Source: an uncultured Gammaproteobacteria bacterium
GTDB lineage: Bacteria > Pseudomonadota > Gammaproteobacteria > JAURND01
DNA length: 64,000 nt
Reading direction: 5' to 3'
Assembly (NCBI GenBank): GCA_963714975.1
Contig: CAVQQD010000003.1
Coordinates: forward strand, 512,001-576,000
The notes below the pieces were generated by a model, which was given only the letters and a program-made list of their open reading frames with translations, was not told the DNA's origin and searched no databases. Below, in pieces: positions 22,974 through 32,950 of this stretch (the stretch's first letter is position 1; the number at the start of each line of letters is the position of its first letter). Position numbers and translations under genes: made by a program.

Positions 22974-24359
22974 ATGCTGAATTGCTTCGCTAAACCTTCA
23001 GAGCAACCCTCCATTCCCATTATTCCCATTGTTGAGAAACAGCTTGATGAGTGGGTACAAGCTCAACAGACACGGGTACAAAATTGGGTACAATCTACAT
23101 ATTTTCGGGCGAAATCAGGGAATGTAGGTTTGCTTTGTGATGTACAAGGCAAACTTGAGAAAGTTTTGGTTGGGATGAGCAACCCCCAGGATTTAGCCGT
23201 GTTTGGGTTATTAGCCACGCAACTGCCCAAAGGGAATTATCATATTGGTGTAGAATATGCTGCCCCGCAAAATTATCATGCCTATTTAGCTTGGGGATTG
23301 GCAAGCTATCAGTTTACTCCCTATAAAAAATTCCCCGCTTTAGAGGCTAAATTAATTTTAGCCGAACAAGGTTTGGATACTAGCTATTTAGAGGCGGTAT
23401 TAAGAGCCACTTATTTGGTTCGCGATTTAATTAATACTCCTGCAGAAGATATGACGCCAGCCGATATCGCTGAGGCTGCCATGGAACTCGCGGATGAATT
23501 TGGCGCTCGAGTCAACAAAGTAATCGGTGATGATTTATTAAAAGAAGGCTATCCCACTATCTATGCCGTAGGCAAGGGAAGCCCACATGCTCCGCATTTC
23601 ATTGATCTGCGCTGGGGAGAGGCTCATCATCCCAAGGTAACTTTGGTAGGTAAGGGTATTAGTTTTGACACGGGTGGCTTGGATATTAAAAATGCCGCGG
23701 GTATGAGCTTGATGAAAAAAGATATGGCAGGTGCTGCTCATGTTTTGGGGTTAGCACGAGTCGTCATGGCGTTAAAATTGCCGATCAACTTACGAGTGTT
23801 GATTGCGGCTGCTGAAAATGCGGTTTCAGGGGAAGCCTATCATCCTGGCGATGTGATTGTCACGCGTAAGGGTTTGAGTGTCGAAGTCACGAATACCGAT
23901 GCCGAAGGGCGTTTGGTGTTGTGCGATGCCCTAGCAGAAGCGGTGACGGAAAAGCCTGAGTTATTGCTGGATTTTGCCAGTCTCACTGGCGCTGCTCGAG
24001 TGGCCCTCGGTACTGAGGTTTCCGCAATGTTTACTGCCGATGATCACTTGGCGCAAGGCCTGATGGAGTGTGCGCAAAAAGAAAATGATCCGCTTTGGCG
24101 CTTGCCTCTGCATACCCCCTATCGAAAGTTGTTAGACAGTAAAATTGCTGATATTACCAATGCTTCTTCTTCTGCTTATGGGGGTGCAATTACGGCGGCG
24201 CTATTTCTGAAAGAATTTGTACCGGATGAAATTGTCTGGGCGCATTTCGATATTATGGCTTGGAATGTTGCGGGTAAAATGGGCCTATCCGAAGGAGGAG
24301 AAGCCACGGCGTTACGGGCTACGGCCGCTTATTTGTGTCAGCGTTTTGGTCGGCTTTAA
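22974..24359 (+). CDS. M17 leucyl aminopeptidase
   Basis: VGKGISFDTGG, MKKDMAG, NTDAEGRL and LTGA motifs. Confidence 0.92.
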   Translation: MLNCFAKPSEQPSIPIIPIVEKQLDEWVQAQQTRVQNWVQSTYFRAKSGNVGLLCDVQGKLEKVLVGMSNPQDLAVFGLLATQLPKGNYHIGVEYAAPQNYHAYLAWGLASYQFTPYKKFPALEAKLILAEQGLDTSYLEAVLRATYLVRDLINTPAEDMTPADIAEAAMELADEFGARVNKVIGDDLLKEGYPTIYAVGKGSPHAPHFIDLRWGEAHHPKVTLVGKGISFDTGGLDIKNAAGMSLMKKDMAGAAHVLGLARVVMALKLPINLRVLIAAAENAVSGEAYHPGDVIVTRKGLSVEVTNTDAEGRLVLCDALAEAVTEKPELLLDFASLTGAARVALGTEVSAMFTADDHLAQGLMECAQKENDPLWRLPLHTPYRKLLDSKIADITNASSSAYGGAITAALFLKEFVPDEIVWAHFDIMAWNVAGKMGLSEGGEATALRATAAYLCQRFGRL

Positions 24360-24383
24360 TACGGTTTTAATAGGGATATTAAT

Positions 24384-26663
24384 TTGTCAGTTTTGCTTTG
24401 GATTTTATTGCTGATTGTTATCAGTGCGGTAATTATTTCGACTGTCCCTAAGTTTCGAATCAGGCTCGTGACCCTGAGAATACTGAAATATTTTCGTTAT
24501 GTGTTACCTCCTATTCATGATACTGAGCGTGATGCTATCGAAGCAGGTCATGTGTGGTGGGAAGGTGAATTGTTTCGAGGTAATCCTGATTGGCAAAAGC
24601 TTGCTGCTATTCCAAAAGCTCAGTTGACCCAGGAAGAGCAGGATTTTTTAAATAACCAAGTAGAATCCCTGTGCACATTGCTGGATGATTGGGAGATCGT
24701 GACCCAGGGGCAATTTCCTCCTGCCGTTTGGGATTTTTTAAAACAAGAACGATTTTTTGGGTTAACGATCAGCAAACAATATGGTGGCTTAGGGTTTTCA
24801 GCCTTGGCGCAATCACATATTATCAGCAAAATTTCTAGCCGTAGTTCCAGTGTCGGAGTAACCGTCATGGTCCCCAATGCATTGGGTCCGGCTGAATTCT
24901 TACAACACTATGGAACCGACGAACAACGAAACTACTATTTACCTCGTTTAGCACAGGGTTTAGAAATTCCTGCTTTTGCTTTAACTTCGCCAGAATCAGG
25001 GAGTGATGCCAGTCATCTTCGGGATACAGGAATTGTTTGTGAAGGTGATTACGAAGGCAAGCAAGTTTTAGGTATCCGATTGTGTTGGAGCAAACGTTAT
25101 ATCACCCTAGCCCCATTGGCCAGCTTAATTGTTTTGGCAGTGAAGCTTTATGACCCGCAACTTTTATTAGGTCAGCAGGAAGACATAGGAATTACTTTAT
25201 GTTTGGTGCCTACGCATCTTCCCGGTGTTACTACTGGAGCGAGGCATTCTCCATTAGGTTTGGCTTTTCTTAATGGTCCCACTGCTGGAAAGGATGTGTT
25301 TATTCCTTTAGAGTTTGTGATTGGCGGAGTGGAATATTGTGGTCAAGGATGGCGGATGCTGATGGAGGGTTTGGCTGCTGGACGTGGCATTTCCTTGCCA
25401 GCTCTTAGTACGGCAGCGGCGAAACTTTGTTATCGGATGACGGGTGTCTATGCCAGCATCCGCGAGCAATTTGGGGTTCCTATTGGGCAATTTGAAGGGA
25501 TTGAAGAAGCTTTGGCAACCATAGGGGGCTTCACTTATCAGTGCGAAGCGGCACGACTTTTTACCTTGGATGGCATCAATCTAGGTATTAAGCCGGCTTT
25601 AGTGGCTGCTATAGCAAAATACCATATTACTGAAATGGCCCGTGTAGTCGTTGACCTCGCTATGGATATTCATGCCGGTCGAGGTATTCAATTAGGTCCG
25701 CGCAATTATTTAGGCCTGTTATATCAATTCTCTCCGATTGGGATTACGGTTGAGGGTGCTAATATTTTGACCCGCAATCTCATTATCTTTGGTCAGGGAG
25801 CGATGCGCTGCCATCCTTTTCTTCAAGAAGAAGTGGCTGCAGCCAATCAGCCTGATGTTGAGGCGGTGCCCTTATTTGACGCTTTACTTTGTCGGCATTT
25901 GCGCTATGTGGTGATCAACTTATTTCGGGTGGTGGCTTATGGTCTCACTGGGGGTTTGCTCATTCATTCGCCTCTGCCAGAGCCGGTGGCTCAATATACT
26001 CGGCAATTAACCCGAATGAGCGCTGCACTGGCTTTAAGCACGGATGTTATTTTGGCAGTATTAGGTGGGCAATTAAAAAGAAAGGAACGCATTTCGGCAC
26101 GTTTGGGAGACGTTTTAAGCCAGCTGTTCCTGGCCTCAGCTGCGATTAAATATTATTTGGATTGTGGGCAACCCCAGGAAGATCAGCCTTTTCTGCATTG
26201 GACCCTGCGCAATTGTTTGTACAAAATGCAGGTGGCATTGGATAATTTGTTACATAATTTTCGGCCGCGTTGGTTAGGTTGCCTAATGCATTTTCTGATT
26301 TTTCCCTGGGGGAGAGCTTATAAGCCGCCCGAGGATAAAATGGATCACGCTTTAGCAACAGCGGTGATGACTTTTTCGGCACAGCGTGATCGTCTGACTG
26401 AGCATTGTCATATCAGCCAAAACGTGCAAGATGCCACGGGACGGATGGAGAGAATTAGCAAGATTTTAACCCAAACCGAGCAGACCCGAGAAAAATTACG
26501 ACAAGCTATTGCTAAACAACAAATCCCTAAGTCAGCAACCGAGCTAGAACAAATTACCCTAGCGGAACAACTGGGCATCTGTTCAGAGAATGAGATACAA
26601 TGCTGGAAAGAATTGGCAGAATTGCGATGGGAGGCCATCCAAGTCGATGAATTTAGGACTTGA
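24384..26663 (+). CDS. fadE: Acyl-CoA dehydrogenase FadE
   Basis: FALTSPESGSDA, KRYITLAP, GRGISLP, ITVEGANILTR; long FadE-type C-terminus. Confidence 0.9.
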   Translation: MSVLLWILLLIVISAVIISTVPKFRIRLVTLRILKYFRYVLPPIHDTERDAIEAGHVWWEGELFRGNPDWQKLAAIPKAQLTQEEQDFLNNQVESLCTLLDDWEIVTQGQFPPAVWDFLKQERFFGLTISKQYGGLGFSALAQSHIISKISSRSSSVGVTVMVPNALGPAEFLQHYGTDEQRNYYLPRLAQGLEIPAFALTSPESGSDASHLRDTGIVCEGDYEGKQVLGIRLCWSKRYITLAPLASLIVLAVKLYDPQLLLGQQEDIGITLCLVPTHLPGVTTGARHSPLGLAFLNGPTAGKDVFIPLEFVIGGVEYCGQGWRMLMEGLAAGRGISLPALSTAAAKLCYRMTGVYASIREQFGVPIGQFEGIEEALATIGGFTYQCEAARLFTLDGINLGIKPALVAAIAKYHITEMARVVVDLAMDIHAGRGIQLGPRNYLGLLYQFSPIGITVEGANILTRNLIIFGQGAMRCHPFLQEEVAAANQPDVEAVPLFDALLCRHLRYVVINLFRVVAYGLTGGLLIHSPLPEPVAQYTRQLTRMSAALALSTDVILAVLGGQLKRKERISARLGDVLSQLFLASAAIKYYLDCGQPQEDQPFLHWTLRNCLYKMQVALDNLLHNFRPRWLGCLMHFLIFPWGRAYKPPEDKMDHALATAVMTFSAQRDRLTEHCHISQNVQDATGRMERISKILTQTEQTREKLRQAIAKQQIPKSATELEQITLAEQLGICSENEIQCWKELAELRWEAIQVDEFRT

Positions 26664-26678
26664 GGGGGAATGAGACTT

Positions 26679-26841
26679 ACCCCTCATCCGCCAGCCTGCC
26701 CTAGCCTGTCGAAGGGGCACCTTCTCCCACAAGGGGAGAAGGAATCACGGCGAAGGTGCGGGTTAAAGGGGTTTCATTAAATCCCCTCTCCCCCACCCGA
26801 GCGTCAGCGAGGGAAGGTGGGAGAGGGCTAGGGAGAGGGGG
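26679..26841. repeat. Composite hairpin repeat plus a family A copy abutting the thiolase start
   Basis: Inverted copy of 22814-22878, then cccctctcccccacccgagcgtcagcgagggaaggtgggagagggctagggagagggg. Confidence 0.82.
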
Positions 26842-26846
26842 AATCA

Positions 26847-28151
26847 ATGCAACAAAATCAGCCAAAATATGCCCGTGATGTTTTTATCGTCGATGGGGTT
26901 CGCACTCCGTTTTTAAAAGCTCGCAGTCATCCAGGTCCATTTTCTGCTAGTGCTCTTGCGATGGATGCCGCCAGAGCACTGTTATTACGTCAACCATTTC
27001 AACCCAGCGACCTCGATGAAGTCGTGATGGGCTGTATTATGCCAAGCCCTGATGAGGCCAATATTGCTCGGATTATTTCCCTACGCCTAGGTTGTGGAAA
27101 GTCGGTACCCGCTTGGACAGTCCAGCGCAATTGTGGGTCGGGGATGCAAGCCGTGGATTCTGCAGCTCAGGACATTGCGACGGGCCAGTATGATTTAGTG
27201 CTAGCCGGTGGCACTGAAGCGATGAGTCATGCTCCCTTGTTGTGGAATGAAGAGATGGTGAATTGGTTGGCAAATTGGCGAGCTAAACGCCGTTCAGAAG
27301 AACGGCTGCGCCTATTATTTGCGCTACGACCCCGGTTTTTTCGGCCCATAATTGCCCTCTTACATGGTTTATCCGACCCAGTAGTCGGGCTGAATATGGG
27401 GCAAACGGCAGAAGTGTTGGCTTATCGCTTTGGAATTACTCGGGAACAAATGGATGCATTTTCAGTGCGAAGCCATCGACGTTTAGCTGAAGCACAAAAT
27501 CGCGGTTACTTAACCAATGAAGTTACCCCTGCTTATACTGCTCAGGGAAATTACTATGAGCTTGATGATGGTCTGCGCTTGGATAGTACGCTTGAGAGTT
27601 TAGCGAAACTTAAGCCCTTTTTTGATAAGAGATTTGGGATGGTAACTGCAGGCAATAGTTCGCAAGTCAGTGACGGAGCAGCCATGCTCATTCTTGCGAG
27701 TGAAACCGCCGTGGCGCGCTATAATTTGCCGGTTTTAGGCAAGATTGTCGATAGTCATTGGGCGGGGGTTGAGCCTGAAACTATGGGTTTAGGGCCAGTC
27801 TATGCAGCGACACCCTTGTTACAACGGCAGCAGTTAAACTTAGAAGATATCGATTATTGGGAGATCAATGAGGCCTTTGCAGCGCAAGTATTAGCCTGTT
27901 TAGCGGCCTGGGAAAGTGAAGAATATTGTCGTAGCAATTTAGGCTTATCTCAGGCCTTAGGTGTATTGAATCAAGAGCGTCTTAATGTCGATGGTGGAGC
28001 AATTGCTTTAGGTCACCCGGTGGGAAGCAGCGGCGCACGCATCGTATTACATGCATTGAATGTGTTACAGCGTAATCAGTGGAATCGAGCTGTGGCTACC
28101 CTCTGCATTGGCGGAGGTCAAGGCGGTGCGATGTTATTGGAGAGAGCTTAA
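26847..28151 (+). CDS. Acetyl-CoA C-acyltransferase (thiolase, FadI/FadA-like)
   Basis: RNCGSG, NEAFA, GHPVG and CIGGGQG motifs. Confidence 0.92.
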   Translation: MQQNQPKYARDVFIVDGVRTPFLKARSHPGPFSASALAMDAARALLLRQPFQPSDLDEVVMGCIMPSPDEANIARIISLRLGCGKSVPAWTVQRNCGSGMQAVDSAAQDIATGQYDLVLAGGTEAMSHAPLLWNEEMVNWLANWRAKRRSEERLRLLFALRPRFFRPIIALLHGLSDPVVGLNMGQTAEVLAYRFGITREQMDAFSVRSHRRLAEAQNRGYLTNEVTPAYTAQGNYYELDDGLRLDSTLESLAKLKPFFDKRFGMVTAGNSSQVSDGAAMLILASETAVARYNLPVLGKIVDSHWAGVEPETMGLGPVYAATPLLQRQQLNLEDIDYWEINEAFAAQVLACLAAWESEEYCRSNLGLSQALGVLNQERLNVDGGAIALGHPVGSSGARIVLHALNVLQRNQWNRAVATLCIGGGQGGAMLLERA

Positions 28152-28153
28152 TT

Positions 28154-30193
28154 ATGGATACCTATACACACTGGAAAGTAACGGTTGATGCCGATCGCTT
28201 ATTATGGCTTAGCTTGGATCGAGCAGGCTCTGCGGTTAATTCATTGCATCGAGAGGTCATCAATGAATTAAGTAATTTGCTTGAAGTAATTGAGGCCACT
28301 GCTGACTTGGCAGGGGTCATTATTTTATCCGGCAAAAAATCGGGCTTCATTGCCGGGGCAGCCATTGAGCAATTTGTCGAATTACAGGATGAAGAGCAGG
28401 CTTTTACCCTCGTGCGGCAGGCGCAAGAAGTATTTTCTCGCTTGGAATCATTAAAAGTTCCGTCTGTGGCAATGATTCGGGGATTTTGTTTAGGGGGAGG
28501 TTTGGAGTTAGCGCTTGCTTGTACTTATCGGGTGGCTGAGGAGGACAAATCCCAATTAGGCGCCCCTGAAGTGAAATTAGGTTTGATTCCAGGATTTGGT
28601 GGAACCGTGCGTCTGCCGCGTTTAGTCGGGGTCATGTCGGCCATGGATATTAATTTAACCGGGCGCGTGATCAATGCCAAAGCAGCGGCTAAGATTGGCT
28701 TGGTGGATGCTGCAGTGCCGCTGCGTCATTTAGAACGTGCGGCACGGTATTTTGCGCTCAATAAACCCCCGGTCCACCGACCGCCTCCTTGGCAAACTCC
28801 GCTGGGTTATCCTTGGCTCAGGCCGATCGTGGCGAAACTGTTCTATAAAAAATTGGCCGCCAAAGTCAATAAGTCGCACTATCCTGCGCCCTATGTGATT
28901 GTTGACAATTGGGTCCATAATGGAGCAGTGGGTGAGAAGGCCATGAATCAGGAGGCCAAATCCATTGCTAAGTTGTTAGTCTCTGACACCAGTCGGAATT
29001 TGGTGCACGTATTTTTCTTGCAGTCACGGCTAAAATCCCAGGGTAAAGACATCTCCTTCCCGGTGCAACATGTGCATGTGGTAGGGGCTGGGACCATGGG
29101 GGGAGACATAGCGGCTTGGTGCGCGCTGCGTGGTTTTAAGGTGACTTTGCAGGATCGAGGACCGGAATTGATTGCCCCGGCCATTAAACGTGCGCATCAG
29201 TTATTTGTTAGAAAGCTGAAGCAGCCGCGTTTAGTGCAAGCGGCTATGGACCGTCTTATCCCCGATACAGAAGGTGACGGTGTTAGTGAGGCAGAATTGG
29301 TGATAGAAGCAATCTCGGAAAATTTGCATACTAAACAAGCCTTGTATCGCTATCTCGAACCCTCGTTGCGACCGGATGCGCTTTTGGCCACTAATACTTC
29401 AAGCTTGCCCTTGCATGAGCTTGGTCAGGCCTTGGAGAATCCTGAGCGTTTAGTGGGGATACACTTTTTTAACCCCGTGGCCATGATGCAGTTGGTAGAA
29501 GTTGTGCATGGGGAGAAGACCGCCCTGGAGGTGGCTGCCAAGGCAATGAGTTTTGTCCGCCGCTTGGATAAATTGCCCGTACTGGTCAAGAGTAGTCCCG
29601 GATTTTTAGTCAATCGAATTTTAATGCCGTATTTAATGGAAGCGTTTTTATTATTAGAAGAAGGTAATCCCCCGGCGGTAATTGATAAGGCGGCAGTAAA
29701 ATTTGGGATGCCGATGGGGCCAATTGAATTAGCGGATGTGGTTGGTTTGGATATTGTGCTGGCTATTGCTGAAATTCTCATCCCTTATTATGGTGGAGAA
29801 CTTTCCATTCGGCTCAGGCAAATGGTGGAGAGGGGAGAGCTGGGGCAAAAGACCGGTCGTGGCTTTTATCAATATGAAAAAGGGAAAAAGATCGCAGAGC
29901 TTAATACCAGTAAATATTTCCATTTGTCCGATATTAGTGATCGCTTGATTTTCCGGATGCTCAATGAATCAGTCACTTGTTGGCGAGAAGAAATTGTCGC
30001 TGATTATGATTTAATCGATGCGGCGATGATTTTTGGTACGGGTTTTGCGCCATTTCGGGGTGGTCCGATGCATTACGCGAAAAACTTAGGGATTACTTCT
30101 GTGCTCGCCAAGCTAAAGACTTTGCAGGACCAGCAGGGTGAACGGTTTAAGCCGGATGAGGGTTGGGAGCAACTTTTGGAGCAAAAGCTATGA
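28154..30193 (+). CDS. Fatty-acid oxidation complex alpha subunit (enoyl-CoA hydratase / 3-hydroxyacyl-CoA dehydrogenase, FadJ/FadB-like)
   Basis: CLGGGLE, PEVKLG, GAGTMG, TNTSS and HFFNP motifs. Confidence 0.92.
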   Translation: MDTYTHWKVTVDADRLLWLSLDRAGSAVNSLHREVINELSNLLEVIEATADLAGVIILSGKKSGFIAGAAIEQFVELQDEEQAFTLVRQAQEVFSRLESLKVPSVAMIRGFCLGGGLELALACTYRVAEEDKSQLGAPEVKLGLIPGFGGTVRLPRLVGVMSAMDINLTGRVINAKAAAKIGLVDAAVPLRHLERAARYFALNKPPVHRPPPWQTPLGYPWLRPIVAKLFYKKLAAKVNKSHYPAPYVIVDNWVHNGAVGEKAMNQEAKSIAKLLVSDTSRNLVHVFFLQSRLKSQGKDISFPVQHVHVVGAGTMGGDIAAWCALRGFKVTLQDRGPELIAPAIKRAHQLFVRKLKQPRLVQAAMDRLIPDTEGDGVSEAELVIEAISENLHTKQALYRYLEPSLRPDALLATNTSSLPLHELGQALENPERLVGIHFFNPVAMMQLVEVVHGEKTALEVAAKAMSFVRRLDKLPVLVKSSPGFLVNRILMPYLMEAFLLLEEGNPPAVIDKAAVKFGMPMGPIELADVVGLDIVLAIAEILIPYYGGELSIRLRQMVERGELGQKTGRGFYQYEKGKKIAELNTSKYFHLSDISDRLIFRMLNESVTCWREEIVADYDLIDAAMIFGTGFAPFRGGPMHYAKNLGITSVLAKLKTLQDQQGERFKPDEGWEQLLEQKL

Positions 30194-30669
30194 TTAGATT
30201 TATTAGACCCCCTCTCCCCCGCCCGAGCGTCAGCGAGGGAAGGTGGGAGAGGGTTAGGGAGAGGGGGTTCCAAATAATATTAACTATCCTCTGTTTCGCC
30301 TGTCTTTCAGCCTACCCCTTAGCCAAGCCCCCTGTCCCCGCGGAGGTCAAGCCGTATGCTCATGCCCAAGATTTTAGTTGGATTAGTGGCCAGCTGAAAT
30401 TTGATCCATCCACGGGATGGAACGTGGTTTACGCTGCCCAGGTTAACCCAGAACTAGCGGAATTTGGTACTGATGATGCCTTAGAAAGAGTGCGCCTCTA
30501 TGATCCGGGCATGAAATTCGACAGCCTACACTTCAAAGTGCCTAATGGTATAAAAGCAGGGGATCTGGTAATAGTGCAGGGCACATTGGCGCATGTGACC
30601 GAAATAATCCAGGGGGAAAGAGCGGGCCGCACGATGTATGAGGTAAAGTCGATTAAAAAGCAGGAATAG
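30190..30669 (+). CDS. Hypothetical exported protein with a family A repeat in frame near its N-terminus
   Basis: ATGA overlap with the upstream stop; repeat-derived PPLPRPSVSEGRWERVRERG precedes a hydrophobic signal core. Confidence 0.55.
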   Translation: MIRFIRPPLPRPSVSEGRWERVRERGFQIILTILCFACLSAYPLAKPPVPAEVKPYAHAQDFSWISGQLKFDPSTGWNVVYAAQVNPELAEFGTDDALERVRLYDPGMKFDSLHFKVPNGIKAGDLVIVQGTLAHVTEIIQGERAGRTMYEVKSIKKQE

Positions 30670-30728
30670 GTCTCTTCCCCTATAGAGGGCCTCTTCTTTA
30701 ACTGTGCGAAAATTAAGGTGATTTTAAT

Positions 30729-31658
30729 TCACTGAGAATTGCTACTGCTCATGTGTGTTGCTGTAGGTGTTATAGGAAGAACCGGGGCTTTACGGCGACA
30801 ATACCATAAAGTGAAGAGAAGGAGCGCTGGTACTCCTACTGATACCGCTACCACACCAAGAATTTGTGCATTAGCCGAAAACCAATCCCTAACTGCTTTC
30901 GTATATTCCCAACCATTTTTTCCATCCAAGTAAAGAACCGTTCCAACGCTGACCACAGCAGCACCTACACCTACCCGCCAAAAAGAACAACATGGGGTTG
31001 AAGTACGCTTTTGCCTTTGACTAAAAAATTCTATCAACTCGCCCCACTCATCCTCTGGGTCAAGTAAACCATTCGCAACTGTTGGTAAATCCTCGGTTGT
31101 AGAATCCTCATTTTGCGGTAGCTTGAAAACTTGACGGAATGCCTTTGCCAACACCCCCTTCACACCCTGTGAGGCAAGTAAATCATTCGCCGCTGTTAGT
31201 AAATGCTCGGGTGTAAAATTCTCAACCTCATCTTCATCCTTTCTCTGTCCACTCCGATTAAAAAAATTAGGTAGCTCTTTTAATCCAGGGCGTTCCAGAA
31301 TCGCGCGTAGCTGCGACCCAATGAAATGTTTATTCCTGCCCCGTTTTTGGAATTTTTCAAGAAAAAGCAGAGCTATCACTTGAGTATTACTACCTGAAAG
31401 GAAATACGGACCTTTTCCATCATCTTCCCGCTCACGCTGAATATCACCAACCCAGCTCTCCACAGAATCAATCTCATACCTAGATTGGAACTGAAGGGCC
31501 TGCAATACATACACTGTATCAATAATCTCTTGGCGAATTTGCCCTGCTTTCTCAGCATCCACTACATAAACCATATCAGCAACTAGAGCATTTTTTTCTT
31601 TGATGCTGAGTTTAGTATCTCGTGGTTGTGGTGGACTAGAGTCTTTGAGTTCTTCCAT
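30729..31658 (-). CDS. Hypothetical protein with two C-terminal TM helices (candidate effector)
   Basis: 309-aa orphan ORF with a short internal repeat (TPEHLLTAANDLL / TTEDLPTVANGLL). Confidence 0.65.
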   Translation of the reverse strand: MEELKDSSPPQPRDTKLSIKEKNALVADMVYVVDAEKAGQIRQEIIDTVYVLQALQFQSRYEIDSVESWVGDIQREREDDGKGPYFLSGSNTQVIALLFLEKFQKRGRNKHFIGSQLRAILERPGLKELPNFFNRSGQRKDEDEVENFTPEHLLTAANDLLASQGVKGVLAKAFRQVFKLPQNEDSTTEDLPTVANGLLDPEDEWGELIEFFSQRQKRTSTPCCSFWRVGVGAAVVSVGTVLYLDGKNGWEYTKAVRDWFSANAQILGVVAVSVGVPALLLFTLWYCRRKAPVLPITPTATHMSSSNSQ

Positions 31659-31677
31659 ATTAACCTATTAGCTTTAA

Positions 31678-31855
31678 CCTAGATTCGGCAGTAGAAACCT
31701 ACTGCGAGGGCTTAATACATTGAATCTCTCGCTTATTTTTATATTTTTTTCTTTCACCGTACGGGTGAGTACGCCTTCAAGAAAAAAATTTAAAAATAAT
31801 CAAGATCTTCAACGTCTTAATCCCTCTCGCTACGGTTTCTACTGCCGAATCTAGG
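31678..31855. mobile_element. cctag-MITE, 178 bp, with tttaa direct repeats
   Basis: TIR cctagattcggcagtagaaacc...ggtttctactgccgaatctagg; tttaa on both sides; non-coding. Confidence 0.85.
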
Positions 31856-31965
31856 TTTAAATATTAAAAACTTTAACTATTTTACCAGTTAAGTAGACTA
31901 AAGCAACTTGAATCTCCTCTGTGCCGCTCGAGTGCGGCTGGAAACAGGAGGGAGAGGGGATTTAT

Positions 31966-32649
31966 TCAACAACGCCCTTTTAAGCGGGAGAGGGAATTTC
32001 GAAACTCCCCTATCGTCCTTCCATAGTCTTCTGTATTGAATATTGCGGATCCAATCACAAAAGTATCAGCCCCAGCTTCGGCAATTTGGGCAATGTTATC
32101 GATTTTGATTCCTCCATCGACCTCCAGCCTAGGATTGTATCCACCTTGTATCAACATTTGTCGTACCGTTTTAATTTTATTGAGTGCACTAGGAATAAAT
32201 GGTTGGTTGGAAAACCCTGGATTTACCGACATAATCATAATCAAATCGAGTTTATCTAATAAATGATCAAGATAATTCAATGGCGTACCGGGATTAAACA
32301 CTAGCCCGGCTTTACAACCTAAATCACGAATAAGCTGGATACTGCGATCAAGATGGTCTGAGGCTTCGGGATGGATGGTAATATAATCAGCCCCTGCCTT
32401 AGCAAAGTCTTGAATAAGGCGATCCACTGGCCTGGTCATCAAATGCACGTCTAACGGAGCGGTAATTCCATAGCTGCGTAAGGCCGAGCAGACAATAGGA
32501 CCAATCGTTAAGTTTGGAACATAATGATTATCCATCACGTCGATATGGATCCAATCTGCTCCTGCAGCAAGGACATCCTTGGTCTCTTTCCCTAATTGAG
32601 CAAAATCAGCCGATAATAGTGAAGCAGATATTTTATAGGAGTTCATCAT
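31966..32649 (-). CDS. rpe: Ribulose-phosphate 3-epimerase
   Basis: SLLSADF, HIDVMD, DVHLM, MSVNPGF and EVDGG motifs. Confidence 0.95.
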   Translation of the reverse strand: MMNSYKISASLLSADFAQLGKETKDVLAAGADWIHIDVMDNHYVPNLTIGPIVCSALRSYGITAPLDVHLMTRPVDRLIQDFAKAGADYITIHPEASDHLDRSIQLIRDLGCKAGLVFNPGTPLNYLDHLLDKLDLIMIMSVNPGFSNQPFIPSALNKIKTVRQMLIQGGYNPRLEVDGGIKIDNIAQIAEAGADTFVIGSAIFNTEDYGRTIGEFRNSLSRLKGRC

Positions 32650-32751
32650 AGTGGATAGAATATTCCTCACGCGATGGGGAATTGTCAAGGAGAAAAGCAC
32701 GCATCGTCCTTTGAAAAATAATTTCCCCCTTTGAAAAAGGGGGATTATTTT

Positions 32752-32837
32752 GGCTCTATGAAGATTTGAGTGGGTACATATATCCTTCTCCCCTTGTGGG
32801 AGAAGGAAAATCTACCCACTCGATTCTACATAGAACC
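32752..32837. mobile_element. 86-bp MITE with an 8-bp TSD (IS1595-like ends), nested in a family D repeat
   Basis: ggctctatg...catagaacc flanked by attatttt on both sides; second copy at 49183. Confidence 0.85.
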
Positions 32838-32882
32838 ATTATTTTGTCCTCTACAGAGGGTGATATCCGCTGAGTAAGCCAC

Positions 32883-32902
32883 CTTAATTTTAAGTTAATG
32901 TA
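32883..32902 (+). promoter_or_regulatory. PmrA-type box
   Basis: cTTAATttt-aa-gTTAATgta, 11-nt spacing, upstream of 32951. Confidence 0.55.
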
Positions 32903-32950
32903 AGTATGGTTTAATACCCACTTTAGCAACATTTAAACGAGGAATGATCC

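Noticed and set aside
30705-30728. PmrA-like half-site pair on the minus strand
   Set aside because: No co-oriented gene downstream; plausible chance match in AT-rich DNA.
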